A stretch of 64,000 nucleotides of DNA from Bugula neritina (Eukaryota; Animalia; Bryozoa): contig OZ037767.1 in the NCBI GenBank assembly GCA_964035545.1, positions 18,506,259 through 18,570,258 of the forward strand, written 5' to 3'. The translations under genes were made by a program, and so were the position numbers. Positions 11,779-25,300 of this stretch are shown here, one piece after another. The stretch's first letter is position 1; each line of letters begins with the position of its first letter. Below the pieces are notes generated by a model, which made no database searches, was not told the origin of the DNA, and saw only the letters and a list, made by a program, of their open reading frames with translations.

Positions 11779-11940
11779 ATGACAAGAGTTTTTAACTTTA
11801 CCTAAACAAGTAGAGCACATCACATGCTGACATGGCAGCAGCCGTAACTCATCAGCCTCCAAACACAGTATGCATACAGTTACTCCTTCACTTTTGCAAA
11901 TCACATCATCAAAAGAGTTAACACTGTATTTAGCAGCCAT
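11776..11940 (-). pseudogene. RING-HC (C3HC4) finger coding segment interrupted by the (TA)n/Penelope insertion
   Basis: MAAKYSVNSFDDVICKSEGVTVCILCLEADELRLLPCQHVMCSTCLGKVKNSCHD has seven of the eight RING ligands before running into (TA)n. Confidence 0.6.
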
Positions 11941-13733
11941 CTTACTTGGGAAGTCAGCATCGTATGACTTACACAAACAAAGCTAATTACAATGTGAACA
12001 TTTCAGCTAAACAAAACAAGTTGATTGGTTAGTTTTTTTGTTATTAAAACCTATTTCAAGTTTATATTAAGAGTTGTGTGCTTTTGTGATGAATATTTGG
12101 TTGTTCAGGTAATATTAAAACTTCAAATAATGTTTAACATTAAATATAACCGGCTAATTAGTGGTTAATGTATTAATATATTACATTGGCTTGACGTTTT
12201 AAACAATGATATAATACAATATGCCAAATCACATTAGAATAATGAATGTCACATATTCCAAAGTATTACTTAAGCTCATAACGTATCATGTGTTCCAACA
12301 AGCTAATTCAATAAAAGCATTATCATTTAGCAAAATGTTGTTTTATATTGTTTTACAATGTTCTACACACATTCAACCTGCTGTTACTCTCACCTAGACT
12401 TTTACCTATTATATCTTGTTTGTCACTATCTCACCAGATGTCATGAATTGAGTCTATACACCCCATTATCAACTGCAGCTAGCAGATCCTCGCAGAGTTG
12501 AGTTCAGTTTTTTCTGGAGATGTGAGACTGGTTTCAAATATGAACTGAAAGTTACTTAATTACCAATTAAAATTGTTGAATAACTTTTCATGCAGCTGTT
12601 ACTTGAAATCCAAAAACTAAAATCTAATGTTTCCAGCTTATAGTAATTGACATATAAGTTTATCTACTTCAGTTTGTTGAGAAGTTTGGGAGTTTTTTGT
12701 TTAGATTAACCATTTCATGTAAACATGAGTGTTAGAAAAAGCTTAGCATATAGTGATAGCTTTAGTCAGAAACATTTACAAATTGCTAATTTTATTGTAA
12801 TGACTTGGTTTATCAAAATTATTCAATTGTCAGACTGATTTTTCTGCAACTTGCTTGTTGAGAAAAAAAGTTATGAGGAGAAAAGTTCCAATTTAAGATC
12901 ACTTACTTCTGGTGAGGAAGCAACTCCCAAGCTATATCGCTTGAAATAATAGAACAATAATGATTTAAGAATATGTTGTATCAGTCACATGTGTGACTCA
13001 AAACCTTATTATTATTAGGCTATTATCATATATTAAAATACATCTATTAGATAATCATATTGTTCAACTGATTGTAACACTTTAATAATCAATTTAGATT
13101 ACACCGCTTTATCTTGTCATTGTTTACTTTAGCAAGTTCACAACATTATTATGCTATCAGCATGCATTATACTATTATATGAATACTATTAGTCACTATA
13201 ACTAATTATTAGGAATGATATTTTTAAGCCGAAGCGTGATGGAAGTAGATATTTATGTCTAGGATACAGTATTCGTCCCAATACGATGGAGTATAACTCT
13301 ACTACAAACGCAGTAAGTATTGGATTTGGTAACAATATATTTAATTTACTATTAGTAATTATTCTTATGTAATATGCAAGAGGATTTTGAAGTGAAAGGC
13401 AAATGCTAAATAGCATTCAATTGACCTCAGATTTGTTCATAAAAATTAAATGCATATGTTCTCAGTGAAACTGTTTTTACTTATCACAGGACTCTAGCCT
13501 TATTGTAAGTAGATTCTTTTGTTTTGGAAGAAATTCTAGCTTGAAGCTTAAGTGTCAATAGATGTCTTTCGCTGCATTTAGCACGTGAAAGTATAAAAAT
13601 AGCCATAGTATTTACAGCTTCATAAAATATTACATTCTAAACTGTAAGATTCCTACAAACCATTATCCAGAAAAATAAAATACATTACATAGTTTAGCCG
13701 CATAAGTGTCTGCTGCATGTATTCTTATATCAG

Positions 13734-16399
13734 GTAGGCAAGTGATTATTTCAACAGTACTGCTGATTATTTTCATTTCTACTGATTTGAAGGTTTTCCT
13801 AGCAAACGGAGCACTGCTTGGATTACCTCTGCTGTCTATGGCAGCGAGTTCGTTGCTCCATCTATACAACGTCAAGTACATTTACCCGACTCTGTCTCTG
13901 TACTCTGGAGACAGCAAACTGACAAAGGCAGCATGTGATAATTACATTAGCACCTCAATATCTCTCCTCATAAGCTTTCAGCTCTCAGTGAGTATCTTGA
14001 GAAACATGTTGACGGTTTGGAGGTGAAAGGGTAAAACAAACTTAACTAAACGATGCAACTTTTTGATGGAATTGAATCCAATGCTACAGTTTTTATCAGA
14101 AGTCACTTCTATAGACATTGCAACTTTTTTCGTTATATGTAGATAGTTACATATATTAAGGATATAATAATTATGATAATAATTGTATATGCTATATGTA
14201 CTTGTAACTATTTCATATGTGTGGACATCATATATAGAATTACAGTATATTACATATCAGTTTATAACCTAATTAAATTTTCAAAAATTAATTTTGTTTA
14301 GTTTCATTTTTTTCAGTTTTTAATCAATTGCTTCTAAAATAACTTGAGATAACTCAGTATAGTTTTACCTCAAACTGTAATATTTGGAATAATAGCACAA
14401 TGTTACAGTATGCCTTTATATTTCCTTATGCAATATCACAATATAATGTAATATGGTGTTTCTTTGTGCAATTATATACCACAATATTATGCTGATCTGT
14501 TCTATACACAACATCATATAGTTTGCTTATATTTCATTACACAATGCCATATTATGTTTTCATGCAACTGCATTATGAGTTAAATAGTCACCATAACAAT
14601 GATTTTACAAATTATCTTCACTCAACACTTCAGGTTTGTGGAGTCACTGCTACAGTCATCAGTTACTCCATTTCGGAATACAGTCACCTGGTAGATATAT
14701 TAATCTGCATTGGAGTTACGATCTCATTGATTCTACTCACCACCTCTACTGTAAAATCTGTAAGATTTAAAAATAATAGATTTCATATAAAAAAGTTGTT
14801 TTTAAAAAAATGTTTGTTTATTTCTTAGTATTAGGCAAAATCATGTGCTACTATTTTATTACGCCTTGTTGATGCTACAAATCAAAGCACAGTTGCAGAT
14901 TACAGCCTAGATGTAGATGCATTCAACTTTCAGTAATAATTATAATAGAATAAATATCCGTTCATGAGAAATTCTACGATTATTTACTGAAACTGTTAGA
15001 AAACGAGTTGCTTCTAATTAGTACAAAAGCAAATTATTGTAACATAAATACATATTAGACATATTCATTTGACTTAATATTTTTCAATGTTCATCACATG
15101 TCTAACATGATAGTTGTGTAAGATACTAAATGGCATTATAATAAGTGTGGTAATATGTTACATGACATAATATGTTATATCATTATTTTGGCTGTTACAC
15201 TTCAAATATATCATTATATGTTTATACGGCAGATATCGGCTGAAAAGAAAGTATTACTATACTTTGGATGGTTTATTCTGAGTCTAAAATGGGGCTTCTT
15301 TTCTTATCTAATGATAAAGGTAACTGTTGGTAGATCTGTTGCATTATTATACTATATATACTTTATGGTATCTGTTGCATTATTATACTATATATACTTT
15401 ATGGTATCTGTTGCATTATTATACTATATATACTTCATGGTATCTGTTGTATTATTATACTATATATACTTCATGGTATCTGTTGCGTTATTATACTATA
15501 TATACTTCATGGTATCTGTTGTATTATTATACTATATATACTTCATGGTATCTGTTGCATTATTATACTATATATACTTCATGGTATCTGTTGTATTATT
15601 ATACTATATATACTTCATGGTATCTGTTGCATTATTATACTATATATACTTCATGGTATCTGTTGTATTATTTTACTATATATACTTCATGGTATCTGTT
15701 GCATTATTATACTATATATACTTCATGGCATCTGTTGTATTATTATACTATATATACTTTATGGTATCTGTTGTATTATTATACTATATATACTTCATGG
15801 CATCTGTTGTATTATTATACTATATATACTTCATGGTATCTGTTGTATTATTATACTATATATACTTCATGGCATCTGTTGTATTATTATACTATATATA
15901 CTTTATGGTATCTGTTGTATTATTATACTATATATACTTCATGACATCTGTTGTATTATTATACTATAATATGTATCATTATACCAGATTATAGGCCTGA
16001 TACCACAGCACACTGACAACTCCAAGGTGACACTTTATCTTCTCCTGACTCACCTCATACTCGTCGTAATAATCGATGCCTTCACTCTGTGTCTCTCAGT
16101 CATTGCTTTGAATCTCTTTGGCAAAGGGTTTAAACAGAGAGGTGAGAAAGCTATGTATAGCAGCAGCAAACTTTGAGTATAAGTTATGATTATTAGTGTT
16201 AAAGCTTTATAAAGTATACCTGTATACCTATTTACATGTATATAAAAAAATATTTATTTCTTTTTGTAACAGAGAGATTAATGTTGTTTTGTTAATGGCT
16301 GTCGACAAAATTTTTATTTTCTTTACAGTGCGGGTAGCTAAAAGAGCTGTGAAAATTAGGGGTCAAGTCAGTCTTCCCTCAAGTCATTCTCCAACCTAA
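13734..16399 (+). CDS. Uncharacterised multipass membrane protein; 3' five exons, 5' exons unresolved
   Basis: Exons ~13734-13987, 14634-14759, 15233-15319, 15988-16141, 16329-16399 splice in phase and encode several hydrophobic helices ending in ALNLFGKGFKQR..SHSPT*. Confidence 0.6.
15334..15968. repeat. 36-bp intronic minisatellite (ATCTGTTGCATTATTATACTATATATACTTCATGGT), ~17-18 copies
   Basis: Directly visible; fills almost the entire intron 15320-15987. Confidence 0.95.
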
Positions 16400-17952
16400 A
16401 AGAGCTGTTTGGAGTCGTACTTGGTAATCCAGTGTTGCATTTATTACAAAAAGTAATGTCAAGCTTACAAGACTTGTTATAAACTACATCATACTTTGTA
16501 TTTTTATATTTAATGTCTGCTTTAATATTTAGTACTCACACGTTTCTTAAGAGATTAACCAGGAAATGTGCCATGGCTTCAAAAAATATAGTAACATTTC
16601 GGTTTCAATAGAGACAATGAAATTAATATATTATATAAAAGCTAAATGTTTTAGTAGATGTTTTATTCTTTACCAATTTTCTAGCTTTTCAGGAAAAATA
16701 TGTTGGCTTATAAAAAATAACAAAACAATTTTGTAGACATGAATATAGAATTAAAGAATTTTGTCTATATAACTTTGCAAAACGAATTAATGCTAATAAT
16801 GCTTTTTAAATGCAGTTGATACAATTTTTCCAGTACGAATATTTTAGACGTGTGATGGCTGACATGCACGTAGCAATCACCAGTGAGTGATAATCTTACA
16901 ATTACTCGCCATTCCTATATACATTTTATTCTCATGTCATGCTAAAGTATCAACCTATATTGTAATTAATTTTCAAGCGATATTTTATCAAACTATTTTT
17001 TGATTTATAATGCAGTATGATGGATGTTAAAAAGCAATTTAAATTCACAGATAAAATATTTTCTTATGAAGAGCTAATTAATGAGATATTGTCTAACTTT
17101 ACAACACATTTTATGTGACCCCAGCTCAATGCTAGTAGAAACTCAAAGCAAGTAACAAGTAAACTCAGAGCATAAAATGTGGCTAAGTTAGGCATAAAAT
17201 AAAAGGTGGAAGTGAGCAGCGCTTTCCATCCTTTACATATATCAACAGATCGAAAGATATTAGCCTATCTGTTAGAATTTCTAATTTTGTTAAACAAAAC
17301 ATGTTATAGCTGAAATGAACATTTGCCATATACTTTATGCTTATTGGTACCTGCATTAACACTTTAACTAAATCATCAAATAAAGACCACATCAAGCTTG
17401 CAAACTAAAGAATGCAAAACAGTAGAATGATGTTTGTTATACAATATATATTATATACTATATATTATTATTCTAAACTTCCAGTTATATTATTGAATTA
17501 GGAATCAAAGAAGTGTTTCAGGAGAGTCACTCATTATAAACATATAACACACATTTTAAACTATGTTTGTGTTTAGAGAGCTGAAAAGACCCAAAACATA
17601 GTAAAGTACCAGTGCACAAGAATAAAATATTTCCTGTACAATTATCTAATCTATCTAGTCTAGGTACAAGTTGAGAGAAAAGCTGCAAACAATAAAGGTG
17701 CTTTATATAAACCTCTCTATAGAGTAGCTAAAACATGCACTACCAATTTCAGCAGGAATTGAGATCTCATACTCCAGGAGTAATTTGGAGGTGTACATCT
17801 AAATTTTAGCTCTGCATTGTTGCCAGCTCTTAAAAAGAAAACAACTTCACTATCTTGAGTAATTACAGCGAATCTTTCATCTCTAGAATATAACGTATGA
17901 TGTGGCCTTAGGGCAGGTGAAGGATCTTGTAGTGTTAGGTATACCCATGCAG

Positions 17953-18035
17953 CTAGGTTTGTGGTGTAATTGGTTAGCGCCCTTGCTTGCAAGGTGGAGG
18001 TCTATGGTTCAAATCCTGTGGGGCAATTATTTTAC
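17953..18035 (+). mobile_element. Degenerate tRNA-derived SINE head or tRNA pseudogene (different family)
   Basis: A-box TGGTGTAATTGG and B-box GGTTCAAATCC at tRNA spacing; stems do not pair well enough for a functional tRNA. Confidence 0.6.
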
Positions 18036-19359
18036 AAATCTAAATCTATTAGCCAAGTGACTGGTGTAAATACAGGTGGACCTCCTGTTACTCTATTTGG
18101 TAAAACTTAGCTATAGATATTCAAGTATTTTCTATTCTCATTACCTTCAATGTTGAACTTACAGCATGTTTGATAAAGTGTTGCCCAGCATTCATTATAA
18201 AGAAATATTTGCCATCGTGAATAACTAAGTAGGTGGGTTTACTCAGAGTGCCAACTGGTATAAAAAACTTGTGTGTAACTGCCATTTGCTATCCTGTTGA
18301 CTAACTGGTAATTTAATACAACTGCGACATCTGGCAAATACATCATATTTTAGAGTTGTCCTCCTACAGAGTAATGTTTCCTTAAAACCACACAATATCA
18401 ACTATATTATCATTTCTGCTGCAAAATTAGGAAAGAAAAGTCAGTGCAAGTTAGTTGAGCTTCCAAGCATTTCCCAAACCGGGTATTTTAACTTCATGTA
18501 CTTGGTGAAACTGTGTGTATCTTCATTTCAAATAAATACCATGAAATCACAACTCCCATTTACCTTTCTGCTCAGAAGAACTTGGTAAAACTTTGTTTTG
18601 TCCCAATTTTTATTTTTTTAAATAAATAACAGGAAAAGCAACAAGTTTTACTAATTATAACATAGTTTTTATATATAAATACATTCACAAAAAAGACCCT
18701 GTGTGATGTCTGCTATTGTAGATACTAGCAAAGAGCAACTTGCAAATAGCAACTGGCAAACAGCAATTAGCAACATAAATATGTTCAATAGTTTACATTA
18801 AAAACAATAAACTGAGCAACCACATGGTATACTGAGATAAATTATTTGTATCAAAATACAAAGATTGCATAGCACCAATATAGTTTTGGTCATTGAAAAT
18901 AGTGATAGGCTTTAAAGGCTGAGTTCAATTATGGAGCTGCGTAGATAAATTATTTAAAAATAAAACCGTTTCCGGAAATAGAATAACAACTAGATGTTGC
19001 CTAGCAACACCAACACAGGAAGTAAAATGATAGATAATATAATTTAGTTAGGCATACAATATGGACGGAAAAATAAATTACTCGAATTTCGATGGAATAC
19101 AAGGAGCGGAATCTGTTACGTAGCAATAATAAAAGAAGTATCCATAAAAAATAAACAATACCGGCTAGAGTAGAATCCTACATAGAATCACAAGCAACAG
19201 TGGCTGGTCAATTTGAGACAGAACCTATGATTAGAGAGAAAAAGATATCAGGCCATTCAGGTCTTTCTTGCGTAATAAGTCAACCAGCAGCTGATTGAAT
19301 AGCAGCATGCTTGCTAGCAGCTGATTGGATAGCAATATGTCTACCAGCACCTGATTGGC

Positions 19360-22300
19360 TCACTTGAGGAAATCATCTAATAAACTTGGTTTCTGAGGGG
19401 ATATGATTGGCTGAGAGCCATTCCAGTCTATCTGAGCGTCTCTCCACCTAAAATGTAACCTGGTATAACATCTGTATGTATAACTTGAGAACATAATGCC
19501 TTTCTTTCGGAGTAAAAGATATCAACAAAGAGTACAAACAACAAATTTCTTTTCTGATATGCTTCAAAATCCACAAAATAAAATGCAAACATTTAAATTT
19601 TGGAAACTTACTTGGTGCGTAAGCAGAGTTCCAGAGGGGGGACTGTTCCATCATCTTCAGGGGGCTCGTAGAACCGACTCGTTGTGTCTGAAATAGTTGT
19701 TATAGAAGTTTGAGAAATACATTACGTACACCGTGTATTTACATTGGACTACACTGCATATAGTTTATAAATGAGTAAGTTTCACATCTCTCTCTAAAGC
19801 GTCTTGGTACAACAATGACTCGGAGAAGTTACAGTATTGTCGAATTAATGGCACAGGAAATTACTTGAAAAACTAAAATTGAAATTAAGAAGCACGGGAA
19901 TGTTTTTGTACAAGAAAACGTTAATGTGGTGTGAAAAAGAATCTTCAGCCAGAATAGCATGATGTCATGAGAGCAGCACGGAACTTACCAAGTGTGAGAC
20001 GGACAGGCTGGTCATGCTTAGACAGAGGGTCATAGTAAAAGAGGTTGAAGTGGCGTTCAGCCTTCCAATCATTCACCAAGTCTTTGTTGATACAGAAAAC
20101 TAGGCTATAGTGGTCCTCTATGAGACAGAGCCATAGCGGGAACTTGGGGGTCTTCAGGAACGTCCCGATCTAAACAGAATACATTTTGAGAATCAGGCTG
20201 CACTGATTACAGCAGCTGCTCAAACAATATACTATGTTCCACACATGCACACGCAGTACACACACAAACATATAGTACAGTGAGATGTTACATTTTTATG
20301 AGCTTTAAAGTTATTTTAGATTTTGCTTAAAGATTTATTGCAAACTAAATAAAGTAAAAGGACCCTTTATAGCTTGAGATACACTATGTGTTATTTATAT
20401 AAAGTGACATTATATGCTATGTGCTATATATATAAAGTGATATTATTTGCTATGTGCTATATATATAAAGTAACATTATATGCTATGTGTTATATATGTA
20501 AAGTGGCATTATATGCTATGTGCTATATATTATATGAAGTGACATTATATGCTATGTGTTATATATAAAGTGACATTATATGCCATGTGCTATATATATA
20601 AAGTGGCATTATATGCTATGTGCTATATATATATATATAAAGTGATATTATTTGCTATTTGCTATATATATAAAGTAACATTATATGCTATGTGTTATAT
20701 ATGTAAAGTGGCATTATATGCTATGTGCTATATATTATATGAAGTGACATTATATGCTATGTGTTATATATAAAGTGACATATGCTATGTGCTATGTATA
20801 GGGCTGCATAAGCGATGTGTTATATATAGAGTGATATATTATACTATTAATTGCCCTTCTTGCCTTATAGCGTCTGTTTGTATGCTCCAGAAGGGACAGC
20901 AAGCCAATGTCACACCTGGAAGGCACCCCTTTGAGAAGAACAGTTTTGTCCAGACCTTGAGTTAACTCCACGGTGTCATTGAACACATTTGAGGCAGCTT
21001 TCCCAGACAGCAGCAGATTGACTAGCTCAGGTGAGCACAACCCAGCATTGGTTATCAGCGGAGTATCTTTATCATCCATGTCGTCCAATACTCTACAACA
21101 ATTACATGTATTACATCATGCAAGCAGCTGTAGCCTAGTAGTAAAATCCTCCTTAGTCAGAGAAGAGTCCCAGGTTCAATACCCACAGGCATCAAATTTT
21201 TTACTTCTATAAATAATGACCTTATACCCAGTGTGAGGTGAAGTAATTAGCCAATTAAAATCTTAACCACTTCATATTGGAAAGGACGGCTTATTAGGCA
21301 AATAGTCATGAAAAGAGATACTAAAGTATCAACATAAAACATGGTGTGGTTTCTATTGTGTGAAGACATTATGTATACAGTTAAACAGTACTAGCAAGTA
21401 GCAAGTTTTCTGATCCAATGTTGCATATACCATGAGAAGATCACTAAAACAAACATTACTAGTTTAATTATACGACTGCCAGCTAAACATTGTACATTGT
21501 ATAGATTCCTATAACTCACAGTTCTACACCTCTAGAGAGAATGGCTGAATACAGAAGTAAGATAACTCCGTGACCATCTTCCTCTTCAAACTATACACAG
21601 TATATACAATATTATACACAGTATATACAATACTATACACAGTATATACAATACTACACACAGTAGCAATAATACAATACTATACACAGTATATACAATA
21701 TTATACACAGTATATACAATACTACACACAGTAGCAATAATACAATACTATACACAGTATATACAATATTATACATAGTATATACAATACTACACACAGT
21801 AGTAATAATACAATACTATACACAGTATATACAATATTATACACAGTAGTAATAATACAATACTATACAAAGTATATAGGGGTAACGGGGGCACAACGGG
21901 CCGAATTTTGAATTGTTTTGCTCTCATTCGTCTGTTTTTCAAGTTACTAGCTCAATAATCTTTAGTCTAAATGCTGCATCTGTTGTCTATTACAGGTGTC
22001 AGTTTGTTGCTTCTATCTCTCTCACAAGTTTCAGAATAACGAAATTTTCATGACGAAAAAACTGGCCCATTGTGCCCGGGTACCGGGGTACAATGGCTAT
22101 ATCTATAGATTTTAGTAACATTTCAACCAACATTTTGGGCAAACAAACTAATAACAGTGGTCAGGGTGCAATAATTGGGTGGCCTATTGTGCCCCGGTCA
22201 GCCTGGCCCATTGTGCCCCGTGTGGCCAAATTGAAAATAAATGTGGCTCAAGGAAAATTTATTTTAGAGTTTGCTGTTATACTAGTTAAGCAATGTAGAG

Positions 22301-25300
22301 ACAAGCAATGGCAACATTATCAGTAAAATCTAGGCTTGTTACCTTTGAGTGTAAAAAGTTATAAAGCTTTAACGACATCTTAAAAAATTTACAAAAAGTA
22401 GGTAAAAACAGTTTTTTAATTGCCTTTTCAACACGTATGTTCCGCAAGTGTTGAAACCACAATGGCTGAATAATTATGTCAATACCTTTTTATTAAAAAA
22501 TTCACAACTCTAAGTCAACAAGTTCCCTCATAATTTGACCGGCTTTTTGTACCCCTAAGACCGTTGTGCCCCCCCCCACCCCCCTTCAGGCCGGTGCCCC
22601 TACAATACTATACATAGCTTATACAATACTATACACGGTAGTAATAACACAGTACTATACACAGTATACACAATACTATGTATTCTATTTAATCTTATTT
22701 TAAACATATTCAAGTGATTCTAATGTTATTAAAATAGCATTAGAATCAGAGATGCTCCACTTACGTAGGGAAGAAACTTGAAAGTATATTTTTGCACATC
22801 TTCATAGTTGTCAATCATGTTGATTATGAGCTGAAAGCATATTTATTTTGTGATTACAGACAAACAGCATACAAACTTGAGGTGCGAACCAAAAGTCAAA
22901 CTGCTGTTTGTGTTATAATGACCCAAAGACTTAAAAAAATCAGATCTATTCAAAAGTTCAATTTTCAAAAATAAGGATTTTGAGAAAATTCAGAGCAGTT
23001 GTAGAACAAAGCCAGAGACTTTAGAGTAAACACTACTGCCAAGGTATGTAAACACTGCTGCCAAGGTATGTAAACACTACTGCCAAGGTATGTAAACACT
23101 GCTGCCAAGGTATGTAAACACTGCTGCCAAGGTATGTAAACACTACTACCAAGGTATGTAAACACTGCTGCCAAGGTATGTAAACACTACTACCAAGGTA
23201 TGTAAACACTGCTGCCAAGGTATGTAAACACTGCTGCCAAGGTATGTAAACACTACTGCCAAGGTATGTAAACACTACTACCAAGGTATGTAAACACTAC
23301 TGCCAAGGTATGTAAACACTGCTGCCAAGGTATGTAAACACTACTACCAAGGTATGTAAACACTACTACCAAGGTATGTAAACACTACTGCCAGGGTATG
23401 TAAACACTACTGCCAAGGTATGTAAACACTACTGCCAGGGTATGTAAACTGCAAACAATAATATAATTCATACAACAGGTTGACACAAACTACCAACATT
23501 CATTCAGAGTTATACAACTAGACACATTCAACAGTAGGTGCTGTTAGGAGACAAGACAAGCTGATTTACAGAAGGTACAACCAAACCAATTCCAAGAGAG
23601 GTAACTCCACGGCTTATATACAAACAAAGGCAACTTAAATGCTAAATACAGGTATACAGGTGTACATATATACAAATGCGTAGTGACTTACTCTCTCCGT
23701 GATCCCATCTGGTTTGTATCTCCCAGCACCAGAGATCATAGAAGTGTCCCCAGGTAACGCTAGCACTGCTCTCTTTTCCTCGCCACACCTCCACAGTAAC
23801 TTGCTAATAGCAACAGCTAATAGTTTAGATCTCAGAGTGTTGGCGGGAGATAACTTCCTGCATATTATAATAATGTGTGGCAAGGACATGCAATAGCAAC
23901 AGACGTACAGTTGATTTTTTTTTCATATTTTGCCTGTCTTGAAAAGACTTAATACAAAACAGAGACCATAAAAATACTGCAATATTGTTTTAGCTGGTCT
24001 GAATAAAGGAGAAGATATTATACTGAGTTGTCATCTCTTCAACAATAATAGTAAAAAGTATACAAAATCTAGGAGATATCAATACAAGACTTACTGTATA
24101 ATATAAATCACTATTAATAGTTAACGACATTTAGAACAATATGATTATAAAAATATATAGCTAAACAATGACAGTGGCTGGCTCACTACAATTAAATAAA
24201 AGTAGCCAACCCCAAGTGATCGATTCAAAATAATTCACCGGCTCACTGACTTGCAGCGACCAACTCATAGTGACTCACTACCAACCAACTCATAGTGACT
24301 CACTACCGGTCACGAACTCATTGTGACTCACTTTGACTGACTCACAGCATTTAACTCACTGTAACTGACTCAGGTTCACTAACTCATAGTGGCTGATTCA
24401 CTGTAAATGACTCACTGTAATTGACTCACAGTGACTGACTCATAGCGAGTGACTAACAGTCACAGACTCACAGTGACTATGCTCCATACCTAGCAGAAGA
24501 CATGTCACGAGTTAGCTCACTAGAGAAGAGCAGCTCCTGCAGAAACATAGCCTGAACCACTGAGAGGACGCCACATGGCCCGGGCTTGTGCTGAATCAGC
24601 CCGTACAGCAGGCCTGGCAGGTCACAGAAGACAAAGCTTTGACACATCCAGTCCTCGTAAAACAGCTGTGAAGACAGACCTAGCACCAACTTTTTCAACT
24701 CCTGCAAATTATAACATCATGTTTTGCCTGCGGAATATATAAACAGCACATTTTACCTGCAGAAGATATAAATATGCAACACATTTTACCTGCAGAATAC
24801 ACAAATAACACATTGAAACAGCAGATTACACAAAAAACACTTGTAAATACAGACAATTCATAGTTCTTTTTCTCTACTAGCTAGCTGGATTGACAAAAGC
24901 TGAAACAAGGAACTATTTTGGAGTTATGTTTCCAGAAACTGACTAACCATTTTGAAAATAAATTAGTTAAGCATTTTGTTATGTCATTTTGCAGCTAGGA
25001 TGTTGAGTGATAAACACAGCTTACATGTCTTTATAACCATATGCTGTAACATACATAGCAAAATCTGCCTTGAAACTTTATTTTTCATCAGAAATAATAA
25101 TTGCTGCCTTTTAAATCTAAAAACGTGGTATCATTGGTACATCTACTTATAGTATTGAGTGTACATATATACATAATTATTCTATACAATATATAAGAGT
25201 AACTTAGTGCACTAGTCTTATTTAGTTTTATACACGGTCACATACACTTAGGAAAGGTAACTCCAAAGTGCAACTACAATCTATACTGTATGTATAAGAA

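Noticed and set aside
15155-15994. 279-aa and 205-aa repetitive ORFs
   Set aside because: Translations of a 36-bp intronic minisatellite; only 15233-15319 looks like a real exon.
19285-19415. Repeated CTGATTGG (CCAAT boxes) as a promoter
   Set aside because: Overlaps the MINDY4 last exon and 3'UTR; better explained as short local duplications.
23026-23448. Regular repeat arrays as possible CRISPR (also 15334-15968 and 63120-64000)
   Set aside because: Head-to-tail units with no unique spacers, eukaryotic intronic context, no cas genes.
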